Shown: one piece after another, positions 29,439 through 39,269 of the stretch
Layout: the number at the start of each line of letters is the position of its first letter
Position numbering within the stretch: position 1 is the stretch's first letter
NCBI GenBank assembly: GCA_964580085.1
Contig: CAZOJF010000001.1
Coordinates: 1,607 to 65,606 of the forward strand
Direction of reading: 5' to 3'
DNA length: 64,000 nt
From: an uncultured Candidatus Saccharibacteria bacterium
Lineage (GTDB): Bacteria; Patescibacteriota; Minisyncoccia; Minisyncoccales; CG1-02-41-26
Notes under the pieces: generated by a model
Databases searched by the model: none
What the model saw: the letters and a program-made list of their open reading frames with translations, nothing else
What the model was told of the DNA's origin: nothing
Translations under genes and position numbers: made by a program

Positions 29439-29705
29439 ATGCCAATTACTAAATCAGCTCAAAAAAGCGTTCGAAAAGACCAAAAAAGAACTAAGATAAA
29501 TATCCGCAGAAAAGACAAAATAAAAGATCTTCTAAAAAAGGTTAATAATTTAATTGCCCAAGGTAAAAGAAAAGAAGCTGAAAAGCTTTTACCACAAATT
29601 TATAAAACATTAGATAAAACTGCAAAAACTGGGATTGTAAAAAAGAATAATATTAGTAGAAAAAAATCAAGGATAACTAAAGCGATTAATAAAATAAAAA
29701 AGTAA
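29439..29705 (+). CDS. rpsT: 30S ribosomal protein S20
   Basis: MPITKSAQKSVRKDQKRTKINIRRK... is the typical S20 N-terminus. 88 aa. Divergent from holA, as in many bacteria. Confidence 0.8.
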   Translation: MPITKSAQKSVRKDQKRTKINIRRKDKIKDLLKKVNNLIAQGKRKEAEKLLPQIYKTLDKTAKTGIVKKNNISRKKSRITKAINKIKK

Positions 29706-29708
29706 ATT

Positions 29709-30653
29709 TTAAATATCTATTATCAGCATTTTAAGAATCTCTTCTTTCTGAATATTTTTTGTCTTTATGTCTAAGTCTGCCTCAAAAATCTTTTGGTAGA
29801 TTTTTTTTAATTCGTCTAAGCTAAATCCAGCACTGGCATACCACGCTTTTTTTGCTGGATATGGTTTAAACATATTCAACCCAAAAAAATCATTCAATCC
29901 TTTACCTTGATCTGCTAACGCCTTTGCTATTAAAAGAGCTCTAAACTGATAATTTATCATTCTGAGAATATCTATCGGCATATCACCTTTGTCCAGCCCT
30001 ATTTGAATAAGATTAAGAGCTTTTTTCTTATCCTTTTGAGCTAATGAATTTATTATTTCAAAAATATTTGCTTCCAGGTTTGGCTTAACTATATTTTTAA
30101 TATCTTGGGTATTTATTTCTTTCTCTTTAGCGGATCTTTTAAGACAAACTAGTTTTTTGATCTCGTTTGATATCTGCCATAAATCATTTCCTATAAATTC
30201 CAAAATAAGATTTGCTGCTTCATAGGAGATGCCCATTTTATATTTTTTAAGTTCATTTTTGACCCATCTTTGTAATTCTGTATCTTTTAAAGGTTTAAAT
30301 TCTTCGCATTTGGCATATTTTTTTAAAGCCAGAAAAAGTTTATTTTTTTTAGATATTTTACCTTTCTCAAAAATAACAACGAGATCTTTTGACTTCGTAA
30401 TTTCTTTTATTTTTTTAATTAAATCTTTTTGAAACTTTTCATTAGAAAATAAATTTTCTAAAAGAAATAATTTTCTTTTGACAAACATTGAGCGTTGAGA
30501 TAATTCATCAATAAATTCCTTAAATTCTACATTAGAGACGTCTATTCTTGTCAAATTCAGTTCATTTTTGTGAACCTTTTTATATTCATCCTGAATCTCA
30601 TTTAATTTTTTCTGTAATCTATATGTGTCCTCCCCAAAAAGAAAAATGAACAT
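29709..30653 (-). CDS. holA: DNA polymerase III delta subunit
   Basis: MFIFLFGEDTYRLQKKLNEI matches the HolA N-terminus consensus (hhLhYGED.h). 314 aa. Confidence 0.7.
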   Translation of the reverse strand: MFIFLFGEDTYRLQKKLNEIQDEYKKVHKNELNLTRIDVSNVEFKEFIDELSQRSMFVKRKLFLLENLFSNEKFQKDLIKKIKEITKSKDLVVIFEKGKISKKNKLFLALKKYAKCEEFKPLKDTELQRWVKNELKKYKMGISYEAANLILEFIGNDLWQISNEIKKLVCLKRSAKEKEINTQDIKNIVKPNLEANIFEIINSLAQKDKKKALNLIQIGLDKGDMPIDILRMINYQFRALLIAKALADQGKGLNDFFGLNMFKPYPAKKAWYASAGFSLDELKKIYQKIFEADLDIKTKNIQKEEILKMLIIDI

Positions 30654-30730
30654 AAAATATCTTTAATTAAAAAACCCTTCTTCAAATCAAAAAATATATA
30701 AATATAATTAAGAAAACAAAAGAAGAGCCT

Positions 30731-31099
30731 TTATTTTTTTAGATTAACTTTAATCTTATCTATAATTTCATTGGGCGTAAAATGCGCTTTAATCAAATAA
30801 TCTATTGCCCCCAATTTCATTCCTCTTTCAACATCTTCTCTCTGCCCAAGATTAGAAAGAATAATTACCGGAACCGAAGTTGTAGCCGGATCTTCTTTTA
30901 CTTTTGCTAAAACTTCAAAACCATCAATCCCTGGTAAAATTAAATCAAGCAAAACCATATCTGGGATTACTTCTTTAATTTTTTTGATTCCCTCTTCTCC
31001 ATCAACTGCTTCTGTAACTTGGAAATTTTCTTGAGAAAGTTTTCTGACTATTAATTCTCTTAAAAATTTGTCATCTTCTACAATTAAAATTTTTGCCAT
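30731..31099 (-). CDS. Stand-alone response-regulator receiver domain
   Basis: KILIVEDDKFLRELI...VLLDLILPGIDGFEVL...KLGAIDYLIK. 122 aa. Confidence 0.8.
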   Translation of the reverse strand: MAKILIVEDDKFLRELIVRKLSQENFQVTEAVDGEEGIKKIKEVIPDMVLLDLILPGIDGFEVLAKVKEDPATTSVPVIILSNLGQREDVERGMKLGAIDYLIKAHFTPNEIIDKIKVNLKK

Positions 31100-31113
31100 A
31101 ATTTTGATTATTT

Positions 31114-31482
31114 TTAACCAATTTGTTTTTTAACCTTTTTAATTACTTCTAGGGGTTCAAATTCTGTTTTAATTAGCCAATCTCTGGCGCCTAAATTTTT
31201 AGCTTTATCTATTTCTACTGGCTGCCCTGAATTAGAAATAATAATAATAGGAATATTCTTTAAATTGTTATCTTTCTGCATTTCTTCCATTACTTCGAAC
31301 CCATCTTTATTGGGCATTACAATATCAAGTAAAATAAGATCTGGAATTTCTTTTCTCATTGAATCTAGCCCTTTTTGTCCGTCCTCACATATAGTGACAT
31401 CGTATCCTTTGGCAATCAATTTTTTCCTTAATAGACTATATAACAATTCTTCGTCTTCTACTATTAAAATTTTTTTAGGCAT
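31114..31482 (-). CDS. Stand-alone response-regulator receiver domain
   Basis: MPKKILIVEDEELLYSLL...ILLDIVMPNKDGFEV. The start is set at the internal Met (MPKK), giving about 123 aa like its paralogs. The ORF track's longer N-terminus is probably not translated. Confidence 0.75.
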   Translation of the reverse strand: MPKKILIVEDEELLYSLLRKKLIAKGYDVTICEDGQKGLDSMRKEIPDLILLDIVMPNKDGFEVMEEMQKDNNLKNIPIIIISNSGQPVEIDKAKNLGARDWLIKTEFEPLEVIKKVKKQIG

Positions 31483-31547
31483 AATTTTATGTGTTCTTAC
31501 TTTTATAATAACATATTGGATTTTTTCTATCAATAATTGATATTATT

Positions 31548-33161
31548 CTATTTAATAGGTATTGTAAAATAGAATGTTGTTCCTTTGCTCTCTATCGATT
31601 CAAACCAAATTTTACCATGATGAGCTTCAATTATATTTTTAGTGATAAAAAGACCTAACCCTGTCCCAACAGTTTCTGTCTTAACTGCATTGGCCGCCCT
31701 AAAAAACCTTTTAAATACTCTTTTTTTTTGATCTTCTGGAATTCCGACCCCAGTATCTTTGACCGAAATAAATATTTCTTTTTTATTTTTTAAATACTTA
31801 ATAGAAAACTTAATTGTTCCCCCCGGTTTTGTATAATGGATAGCATTATCAAGTAAATTTTGAAAAGCAATGGAAATTTTTTCGGGGTCAACTTCTATAT
31901 TAGGGATTTTATTTTTTGGTTTTTGGAAACTTAACTTTAATTTTTTTCTTTTGACTAAAGCTGAACAAGAATTAACCACTTCTTGGGCTATTTTTATTAT
32001 ATTTTGTTTTTTAGTATTATATATAAACCGGCCTTCCTCAATCCTAGTGACGTTTAATAGGTCATTAATCAAACGAATCATTCTTTGGTTGCTTTTATAT
32101 GTTTTTAAGAGAAATTCTCTTTGATCTTTAGAAATTTCACCCAAATCTCCATCAAGAATCATTCTCAATGTCCACTTTACAGCTGATAAAGGAGTCCTTA
32201 GTTGATGGGCCGAGATGGAGACAAATTCAGTTTTCAAACGTTCTACAATTTTCTCTCTGGTTATATCTCTTAAAATCACTAATATTCCTATTTTTCTATT
32301 TTCCCTTATTACTAAAATAGATGATATTTCTAAAATTAAATCGTTCTTCAATTCTAGTTCTTTTTTATCTATTTGTTTTATATCTACACCTATAATATCT
32401 ACCAGAGGTTTTAAATTAGAGATTTTCTTTAAAGATTGAATTGATTGTCCAATATCTTCTTTAATATCCATGCCTAAAAAATCCCCAACTATATTATTAG
32501 CATATAAAAGATTATTGTCGCTATCAAAAAACAAAATTCCTTCTGGAAAATTTTCAAAAATTGCTAAAGTTTTATCTCTTTCATCCTCCGCCTCTGTTTT
32601 CGCCTCTTCCACATCTTCTAAAATATTCATTAAAGCATTCCTCGATCTCTCAACCTCTTTGTTGGAAGATTTTAAATCTTTAGTTCTCTCTCCCACTTTT
32701 TTTTCTAGTTCTTGTTTAAGTTTTTCAAACTCTGAAATATCAGAAATGGCAATAAAATATCCTAAAAAGCTTTTGTTTTCGTCTACTCTGGTTGAGATTG
32801 CTACACTAACCGGTATTCCCTTCTTGTCTTTTGTCAAAAGCACTGTTTCTTTTTTAAGAATTATTCCTTGTTTAAGTGCCTTTGATTTAATTAAATTATC
32901 AAAATCTTTTTTATTTAAAAATAAATTTTCTATTTTCTCGCCAATTACTTCTACTTCTTTAAACCCAGTTAAACTATGAAAAGCCGAATTAGTCACTAAC
33001 ACTATCCCTAAAGGATTGATTGTGCAGACAGCTAGAGGGAGAAAAGAAGAAAGTTCTTTCATATATCTCTCAACTTCTTCTAGGTCTTTAACGGCCATTT
33101 TAAGTAAATTCTCTGTATTTTTTTTATCTTCCATAATTATGAATTTTGTTTCTATCTTCAA
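31548..33161 (-). CDS. Soluble PAS-domain sensor histidine kinase (HisKA + HATPase_c)
   Basis: H-box SISAHQLRTPLSAVKW, N-box LLDNAIHYT, and G-boxes VKDTGVGI / GTGLGLFI. No TM segments. PAS-like repeats with a coiled-coil linker. Confidence 0.85.
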   Translation of the reverse strand: MKIETKFIIMEDKKNTENLLKMAVKDLEEVERYMKELSSFLPLAVCTINPLGIVLVTNSAFHSLTGFKEVEVIGEKIENLFLNKKDFDNLIKSKALKQGIILKKETVLLTKDKKGIPVSVAISTRVDENKSFLGYFIAISDISEFEKLKQELEKKVGERTKDLKSSNKEVERSRNALMNILEDVEEAKTEAEDERDKTLAIFENFPEGILFFDSDNNLLYANNIVGDFLGMDIKEDIGQSIQSLKKISNLKPLVDIIGVDIKQIDKKELELKNDLILEISSILVIRENRKIGILVILRDITREKIVERLKTEFVSISAHQLRTPLSAVKWTLRMILDGDLGEISKDQREFLLKTYKSNQRMIRLINDLLNVTRIEEGRFIYNTKKQNIIKIAQEVVNSCSALVKRKKLKLSFQKPKNKIPNIEVDPEKISIAFQNLLDNAIHYTKPGGTIKFSIKYLKNKKEIFISVKDTGVGIPEDQKKRVFKRFFRAANAVKTETVGTGLGLFITKNIIEAHHGKIWFESIESKGTTFYFTIPIK

Positions 33162-33172
33162 AATAATCTAAA

Positions 33173-33760
33173 TTACCAAGTTATTTTAAATTGATGAACA
33201 TTTTTCTCCCCAGTTTCAATATTCTCTACTTTCAAATTCTCGGAAGAAACCATTAAACACATTATTTGATAAAAATATCCTTCTAAATAATGAAGATGAA
33301 CATTATAAATAACAAAATCTTTTATCGTTGCCGTGCCAATTCTATTTTTATAATCTAATTTATATTCTATCTCTCCTTTTGTATAATATCTTCTCCAATA
33401 TTTAGATGCCATCTTAGATATCGTTTCTTTATTCACTAGTCTGGCTATTAATTTAATAATAAAATTTGTTTTAGCTCCCCATCGACCCCATTCTCGTATT
33501 GTTTCTCTGTCCCAATTAAAAATTTTTTGGGTTAGAAAAAGAGATAAAAAATCTTGCTGAACAGGATACCATTTATATTTATCTATTTTTTCATATTCCA
33601 ATGGATACCCCAATCTCTCCATTTCTTCTTCTACTTTTTTAAGTCCCTTCGTCCCTTCTTTTTCTATAATAAATTCACGATCTGTTTTTAAAGAAGATCC
33701 AATTATTTCTCCTTCCATTTTTCTAACTTTTCCAAGAGTTTCTTGAGAAATTGTTAACAT
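33173..33760 (-). CDS. Hypothetical protein in the two-component cluster
   Basis: 195 aa. Trp/Tyr-rich. No recognisable motif. Confidence 0.35.
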   Translation of the reverse strand: MLTISQETLGKVRKMEGEIIGSSLKTDREFIIEKEGTKGLKKVEEEMERLGYPLEYEKIDKYKWYPVQQDFLSLFLTQKIFNWDRETIREWGRWGAKTNFIIKLIARLVNKETISKMASKYWRRYYTKGEIEYKLDYKNRIGTATIKDFVIYNVHLHYLEGYFYQIMCLMVSSENLKVENIETGEKNVHQFKITW

Positions 33761-33785
33761 GATTTATAAGTATTATTTTAATCCC

Positions 33786-34337
33786 CTATTTTTTTCTGTC
33801 TCTGCCTTTCGTTTTTTGTAATTCTTTTTTAAGTTCTATCATTTTAAGTTCTCTGTTCACAGTTAATCTATGAAATTTCTCCATCTGGTCTAATCTTTTT
33901 TTTAATTCTTCCGTTCTTTTCTTAACTTTTATTTCCAATGTTTTATTTATTTCTTCTAACTCCCTCGTTCTTGCTTTCACTTTTATCTGTAAAACTGTTT
34001 TTAATTCTTCTGTCTTGCTCTGGGATTCCTTCAATTCTTCGGCCATCTCATTAAAAGCTTTCCCTAGCTCTTCAATTTCATCACCTGTATGAATATCTAC
34101 TCTATATTCCAAATCACCTTTTGTAACTTTTTTTATCCCCCTATACAATCTATTTATAGGAATGGTTATTAATTTGGAAAATAAAAAGGCAAAGGCAAAA
34201 ATAAAAAATAAAGCAATAAAAAGAATAAATATTAAATTAACCCTCAAAGAAGGAGAAAAAAAACTAACACCTATTAAGGGGATTAATATTGATATTGAAA
34301 AAATAATTAAGAGTTTTTTTAGAAGAGAATATTTCAT
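33786..34337 (-). CDS. Membrane-anchored HAMP-domain coiled-coil protein
   Basis: N-terminal TM helices, then INRLYRGIKKVTKGDLEYRVDIHTGDEIEELGKAFNEMAEEL (HAMP) and a coiled-coil tail. 183 aa. Confidence 0.7.
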   Translation of the reverse strand: MKYSLLKKLLIIFSISILIPLIGVSFFSPSLRVNLIFILFIALFFIFAFAFLFSKLITIPINRLYRGIKKVTKGDLEYRVDIHTGDEIEELGKAFNEMAEELKESQSKTEELKTVLQIKVKARTRELEEINKTLEIKVKKRTEELKKRLDQMEKFHRLTVNRELKMIELKKELQKTKGRDRKK

Positions 34338-34424
34338 TTTTCTGACTTCAAATATTTATATATTTTATCACATCTCAAGACAAAATAAAAAGACCTCTAT
34401 AGAAAGGTCTTTTTAAAACATACT

Positions 34425-34976
34425 TTATTCAATATCGAATACTTCTTTTAAAGCAGTTTCTTCTGCTAAAACGCCCACTAATTTTGCTAACATTTCTGCT
34501 CTTTCTTTCATTTCTCCTTCGGTTACTGGCAATATTTCTTCTATTGCTGCTTTTAAAAAGTCTTCTTTGTCTTCTATCCCTAATTCATCGGCCAATTTTG
34601 AAAACTTGTCTTTTAATTCTTCTGGAGACTCTCCTCTATCATATCTTCCTCCACAACCTGTAATTGAACCAACGATTTCTCCTTTTACTTTAATTGGCAC
34701 CCACAAGGAAGCATATCCCGCGTGGCAATCCATAAAAGCAGATTCTTTCATGGATTTGACTAAAGAAAGGGCTGTTTTATATGCTTGGCTACATCTTTCC
34801 TTGCCTTTCTCGGTCCCCATTATTAATTTACAAACTCTCTGCGATCCACTCATCTTAGTAACTAATTCTCCATTTCTATCAGTAGTAACAATTTGGCCAC
34901 CAACGCTTCCGGCAAACTCATCTTGGATTACTTGAAGATTTCTGGCAAACCATTGAGCTTCTTTTGAAAATTCCAT
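34425..34976 (-). CDS. Stand-alone PocR-type ligand-sensing domain protein
   Basis: CKLIMGTEKGKERCSQAYKT...MDCHAGYASLWVPI matches the conserved Cys/His pattern of PocR (C...RC...CHAGL). 183 aa. Confidence 0.55.
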   Translation of the reverse strand: MEFSKEAQWFARNLQVIQDEFAGSVGGQIVTTDRNGELVTKMSGSQRVCKLIMGTEKGKERCSQAYKTALSLVKSMKESAFMDCHAGYASLWVPIKVKGEIVGSITGCGGRYDRGESPEELKDKFSKLADELGIEDKEDFLKAAIEEILPVTEGEMKERAEMLAKLVGVLAEETALKEVFDIE

Positions 34977-34982
34977 AATTTT

Positions 34983-35894
34983 TTAAAATAATTTTGTCTG
35001 ACAACCGACCTTTTTTTTGTTTTTTCTTGGTAATTTCTCAATTAACTTCATAAGCCCTAAATCTTCTAAGAAATTTGTAATTTTTGATTTGTCATAATCA
35101 AATTCCCCCCAAGTGCATTTTTTTAAATCAAAATTGATTAAGACATCTTTTTTTATTTCAATTAATTCCTTGCTGAAAAATGCCTTATCTTTATCTTTGT
35201 CTAATTTATTTTTAATTTTAATATCCACTTTATCAGTATCTGAATAAAGCTTTTCTATACTCTCAAATTCTTGGATTAATTTAAGTGCTGTTTTTTCTCC
35301 TACGCCAGAAACTCCTGGAATGTTATCAGAAGCATCTCCTTTAAGTGCTTTGAAATCTATTAATTGTTTAGGTAATAATCCTTTATATTTTTCTTTTATG
35401 GCTTCTTCGTCATATATTTTTCTATCTCCATTTTTTAAAAAATAAACTTTAGTTTGATAATTTATTAATTGAAAAACATCTGTATCCCCTGATAAAATAA
35501 TATTTTCTATCTCTCCTTTTTGGGATACTAACTCTGAAATTGTTCCTATAAGATCATCTGCTTCAAATCCTTTTTTCTCATAGATTGGGACTCCAAATAT
35601 TTCTAAAAGTTGTTTTATTTTTGGAATTTGTTGATATAACTCCTCTGGAGCCTTAGCTCTTTTAGCTTTATATTCTTTATACTTTTGATGTCTAAAGGTA
35701 GGATATGGTAAATCAAATGTAGCCACAATAAAATCTGGGTTGATTTCTTTCAATACTCTAAACAAAATCAGATAAAATCCGTAAACAGCATTTATTATTT
35801 CTCCCTTCTTATTTTCCAACTTTGGTAATCCATAATAAGAACGATAGACAAGAGCATTGCTATCAATTATAAGAATTTGTTTTTTCCCGTTCAT
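34983..35894 (-). CDS. 5'-3' exonuclease / flap endonuclease (Pol I N-terminal nuclease-like)
   Basis: LIIDSNALVYRSYYG...GEIINAVYGF...SGDTDVFQL...GDASDNIPGVSGVGEKTA (helix-hairpin-helix). 303 aa. Confidence 0.8.
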   Translation of the reverse strand: MNGKKQILIIDSNALVYRSYYGLPKLENKKGEIINAVYGFYLILFRVLKEINPDFIVATFDLPYPTFRHQKYKEYKAKRAKAPEELYQQIPKIKQLLEIFGVPIYEKKGFEADDLIGTISELVSQKGEIENIILSGDTDVFQLINYQTKVYFLKNGDRKIYDEEAIKEKYKGLLPKQLIDFKALKGDASDNIPGVSGVGEKTALKLIQEFESIEKLYSDTDKVDIKIKNKLDKDKDKAFFSKELIEIKKDVLINFDLKKCTWGEFDYDKSKITNFLEDLGLMKLIEKLPRKNKKKVGCQTKLF

Positions 35895-36268
35895 TTTGTC
35901 TGATGTTTAAAGTATTCTTTAATCTTTGCTAAAAGTTGTTTTGGTGTAAATTCCGTTTTAATTAAATAATCCTTGACTCCTAACTCCTTTGCTTTTTCTT
36001 TTGTAACAGAATCATCATAATTTGAAAAAATAATCACTGGGACTTTAGAAACTTTCTTTATTTGCTTTACTTCTCTTAAAAAAGTTATGCCACTTTTTCT
36101 GGGCAATAAAATGTCCAATAAAATTAAATCTGGGATGTTCTTCTTTAATATATCTATAGCTTGTTCCGACGAAATAGCAGAAATAACTTGAAAGTTTTCT
36201 ATCTCAAACTTAGTTTTATACATTTCAATTAAAAATGTTTCGTCTTCCACTATTAAAATTTTTCTCAT
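35891..36268 (-). CDS. Stand-alone response-regulator receiver domain
   Basis: KILIVEDETFLIEMY...LILLDILLPRKSGITFL. 125 aa. Overlaps the exonuclease gene by 4 nt. Confidence 0.8.
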   Translation of the reverse strand: MRKILIVEDETFLIEMYKTKFEIENFQVISAISSEQAIDILKKNIPDLILLDILLPRKSGITFLREVKQIKKVSKVPVIIFSNYDDSVTKEKAKELGVKDYLIKTEFTPKQLLAKIKEYFKHQTK

Positions 36269-36394
36269 AATTTTCTTAAGTTTATAAGATATTATTTATA
36301 ATAACTCGAGTTTAATTTTAAAACAAGGACTTATTATTTTGTCATGATCTATTGTTCTATATACTAATATTTCTCTTTGTGATAAAATATTACA

Positions 36395-36793
36395 ATGCAA
36401 TTCAAAATACCACAATTTTTAGAAAGACAACCTCTTATAATCGGCCCATTAGCTTTTAAACAGTCTCTTTATTTTGGAATCGCTATATTAATTTCATTTT
36501 ATTTATATTCTGTAGCCCCCTTTTTTATATTTTTAATATTTTCTATTCCCTTGATTAGTTTTGCCTTTTGTTTAGCTTTTATAAAGATCGAGGGAATACC
36601 TTTGCCTGAAGTAATAATTCAATCTTTTGGCTTTATTTCTTCTCCTAAAATATATCTTTGGGAAAAGAAGGAAAACCTTAGGCCAATTAAATTTAGAGCT
36701 CAAAAACAGGAAGAGAAAAAAGAAGAATCATTAAAAGTAGCTCCTGAAAGTATCCTGGAAAAGCTCCACTCTAAAATAGAAGGAGGATATTAA
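36395..36793 (+). CDS. PrgI/VirB3-like small membrane protein (type IV secretion)
   Basis: 132 aa with two hydrophobic helices. Its position directly upstream of a VirB4-like ATPase mirrors prgI-prgJ / virB3-virB4. Confidence 0.45.
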   Translation: MQFKIPQFLERQPLIIGPLAFKQSLYFGIAILISFYLYSVAPFFIFLIFSIPLISFAFCLAFIKIEGIPLPEVIIQSFGFISSPKIYLWEKKENLRPIKFRAQKQEEKKEESLKVAPESILEKLHSKIEGGY

Positions 36794-36810
36794 TTTTTAA
36801 ATAAAAAATC

Positions 36811-37467
36811 ATGGCTAATTTATCGTCTCAACAATTTCTAGAATTTGATCAAGTCAAAAATGGAGTTATTGTTCTCAAAAATAAAACTCTCCGAGCTGTT
36901 TTAATGGTTTCCTCTTTAAATTTCTCATTGAAATCTGAAGAAGAACAATCAGCAATTATTTATCAATTCCAATCTTTTTTAAACTCTTTAGACTTCCAAT
37001 GCCAGATTATTGTCCAGTCTCGCAAAACAAATATTACCGGTTATTTTGATAAACTAAAAAAGTTGGAGACCAAGCAAGAAAATGAACTTTTGAAAATTCA
37101 AACAAGTGAATATAGAAAATTCATTGAAGGGTTAGTTGAAAATGAAACCATAATGAGAAAAACTTTTTTTGTCGTAATCCCTTACTCTCTGGGAGAGACA
37201 GAAAAAGAAAATACAAATAATAAAGGATTTTTCAATAAAGTGTTTCAAAAAACAAATTTATCCGAGATTAATGAAGAAAACTTTAAACGTTGTCGGAATC
37301 AGCTTTGGCAGAGAATGGAATTTGTGGCAATTGGGTTAAGAAGATGTGATTTATCAACAACACCTTTGACAACGCCTGAATTAATAGAACTTTTGTGGAG
37401 CTGGAACCATCCTAAAGAAGCTGAGGTGGGATATTATCCAGAGATATTACCCGAATTGATCAAATAA
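36811..37467 (+). CDS. Hypothetical protein in the T4SS-like operon
   Basis: 218 aa. No motif. Lies between the VirB3-like and VirB4-like genes. Confidence 0.4.
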   Translation: MANLSSQQFLEFDQVKNGVIVLKNKTLRAVLMVSSLNFSLKSEEEQSAIIYQFQSFLNSLDFQCQIIVQSRKTNITGYFDKLKKLETKQENELLKIQTSEYRKFIEGLVENETIMRKTFFVVIPYSLGETEKENTNNKGFFNKVFQKTNLSEINEENFKRCRNQLWQRMEFVAIGLRRCDLSTTPLTTPELIELLWSWNHPKEAEVGYYPEILPELIK

Positions 37468-37484
37468 TAAAGTTATAAAACAAT

Positions 37485-39269
37485 ATGAAGTTACCCTTTT
37501 TGAAGAAAAAAAGAGAACAAAAAGAAAGTACTATCCGAACAGAAGTTATTAATATTAAAGATATTATTGCTCCTTCTTCTTTTGAGACCAAACAAAATTT
37601 TTTAAGAGTGGGCGAACGTTTTGCCAAATCTTTCTTTATTTTTTCTTATCCCCGATATCTTTCAACTGGATGGCTATCTCCTATTATAAATATGCAACAT
37701 CCCATGGATATTTCTTTCCATATCCATCCTGTGTCTTCTAATTCTGTTTTAAAAAAACTTAGAAAAAAATTAACAGAAGTTAGAGCTGAGATGATGGAAA
37801 AGGAAGAAAAAGGATTAATACGAGACCCGGTCTTGGAAACTGCTTATCAAGATATAGAAATGTTAAGAGACGGTCTCCAAACTGCTCAAGAAAGAGTTTT
37901 TAAAATTGGAATTTATATTACGGTATATACTGATACTCAAAAAGAATTAAGAAAAATTGAAACTGTACTTCGTTCAATCCTTGAAGCTCGCTTAGTTTAT
38001 ATAAGACCAGCTTTATTCCGTCAAAAAGAAGGATTTGTTAGTTGCAACCCATATTGTTTAGACCAACTCATTGTCCACACAACAATGAATACTGCCCCCT
38101 TATCAAGTATATTCCCCTTTGTTTCCTCTGATCTAAGCGCTAATGAAGGAATTCTCTACGGCATAAATATGCATAATAATTCTTTGGTTTTATTTGATAG
38201 ATTTACTTTAGAAAATGCTAATATGGTAATTTTTGGAATATCTGGAGGAGGTAAGTCTTATGCTATTAAATTAGAAATTTTAAGATATTTAATGCAAGGG
38301 ATAGACACAATCGTGATTGACCCAGAAAATGAATATAAGATTTTATCCGAAGCTGTCGGTGGATCATATTTTAAAATATCTTTAACTTCTCCTGACCATA
38401 TTAATCCTTTTGACCTGCCCCAGCCGATGGAAGACGAAATTCCGGGGAATGTTTTAAAGTCAAATATTATAAATTTAGTTGGTCTTTTGAGAATTATGCT
38501 CGGAGGGTTAACTCCTAAGGAAGATGCTATTATTGATCAAGCTCTTATCGAAACATATGCTTCTCGAGACATTACTCCTGAAAGTGATCCCAATTTATGG
38601 CAAAAAAACATTCCCATTCTTTCTGATTTTGAATCTGTTTTAGAGAATATGACTGGGACTGAATCTTTAGTTGAGAGAGTGAGAAAATTTAGCAGAGGGA
38701 GTTATGCTGACTTCTTTAACCAAAAATCAAATATTTCTATGGATAACAAGTTTGCTGTTTTCGGCATAAGAGATATGGAGGAAGAGTTGCGACCTATAGC
38801 AATGTTTATAATTTTAAGACATATTTGGAACGCTGTTCGTTCGTCTTTAAAGAAAAGAATATTAGTTGTTGATGAAGCTTGGTGGATAATGCAATCTGAA
38901 GATGGAGCTTCGTTTTTATATGGAATTTGTAAAAGAGCAAGAAAGTATTGGCTAGGAGTATCAACTATTACTCAAGATGTTTCTGATTTTATGAAATCAT
39001 CTTATGGGCAACCAATTGTTGCTAATTCTTCTCTTCAACTTTTGATGAAACAAAGTACTTCCAGTATGGAATTAGTTCAAAAAACTTTTAATTTAACCGA
39101 GCAAGAAAAATATCTTTTACTTGAATCAAGTATAGGAGAGGGAATATTTTTTGCTGGACACAAACATGTAGCAATAAGAATTACTGCTTCTTATACAGAA
39201 GATCAAATAATCACAACTTCTCCTGAACAAGTTTTGGAAATAAAAAGAAATAAAAAAATAAATCTTTAA
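37485..39269 (+). CDS. VirB4/TrbE/PrgJ-like type IV secretion ATPase
   Basis: Walker A GISGGGKSYAIK, Walker B ILVVDEAWWIM, and GVSTITQDVSDF (motif C-like). 594 aa. Confidence 0.75.
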   Translation: MKLPFLKKKREQKESTIRTEVINIKDIIAPSSFETKQNFLRVGERFAKSFFIFSYPRYLSTGWLSPIINMQHPMDISFHIHPVSSNSVLKKLRKKLTEVRAEMMEKEEKGLIRDPVLETAYQDIEMLRDGLQTAQERVFKIGIYITVYTDTQKELRKIETVLRSILEARLVYIRPALFRQKEGFVSCNPYCLDQLIVHTTMNTAPLSSIFPFVSSDLSANEGILYGINMHNNSLVLFDRFTLENANMVIFGISGGGKSYAIKLEILRYLMQGIDTIVIDPENEYKILSEAVGGSYFKISLTSPDHINPFDLPQPMEDEIPGNVLKSNIINLVGLLRIMLGGLTPKEDAIIDQALIETYASRDITPESDPNLWQKNIPILSDFESVLENMTGTESLVERVRKFSRGSYADFFNQKSNISMDNKFAVFGIRDMEEELRPIAMFIILRHIWNAVRSSLKKRILVVDEAWWIMQSEDGASFLYGICKRARKYWLGVSTITQDVSDFMKSSYGQPIVANSSLQLLMKQSTSSMELVQKTFNLTEQEKYLLLESSIGEGIFFAGHKHVAIRITASYTEDQIITTSPEQVLEIKRNKKINL

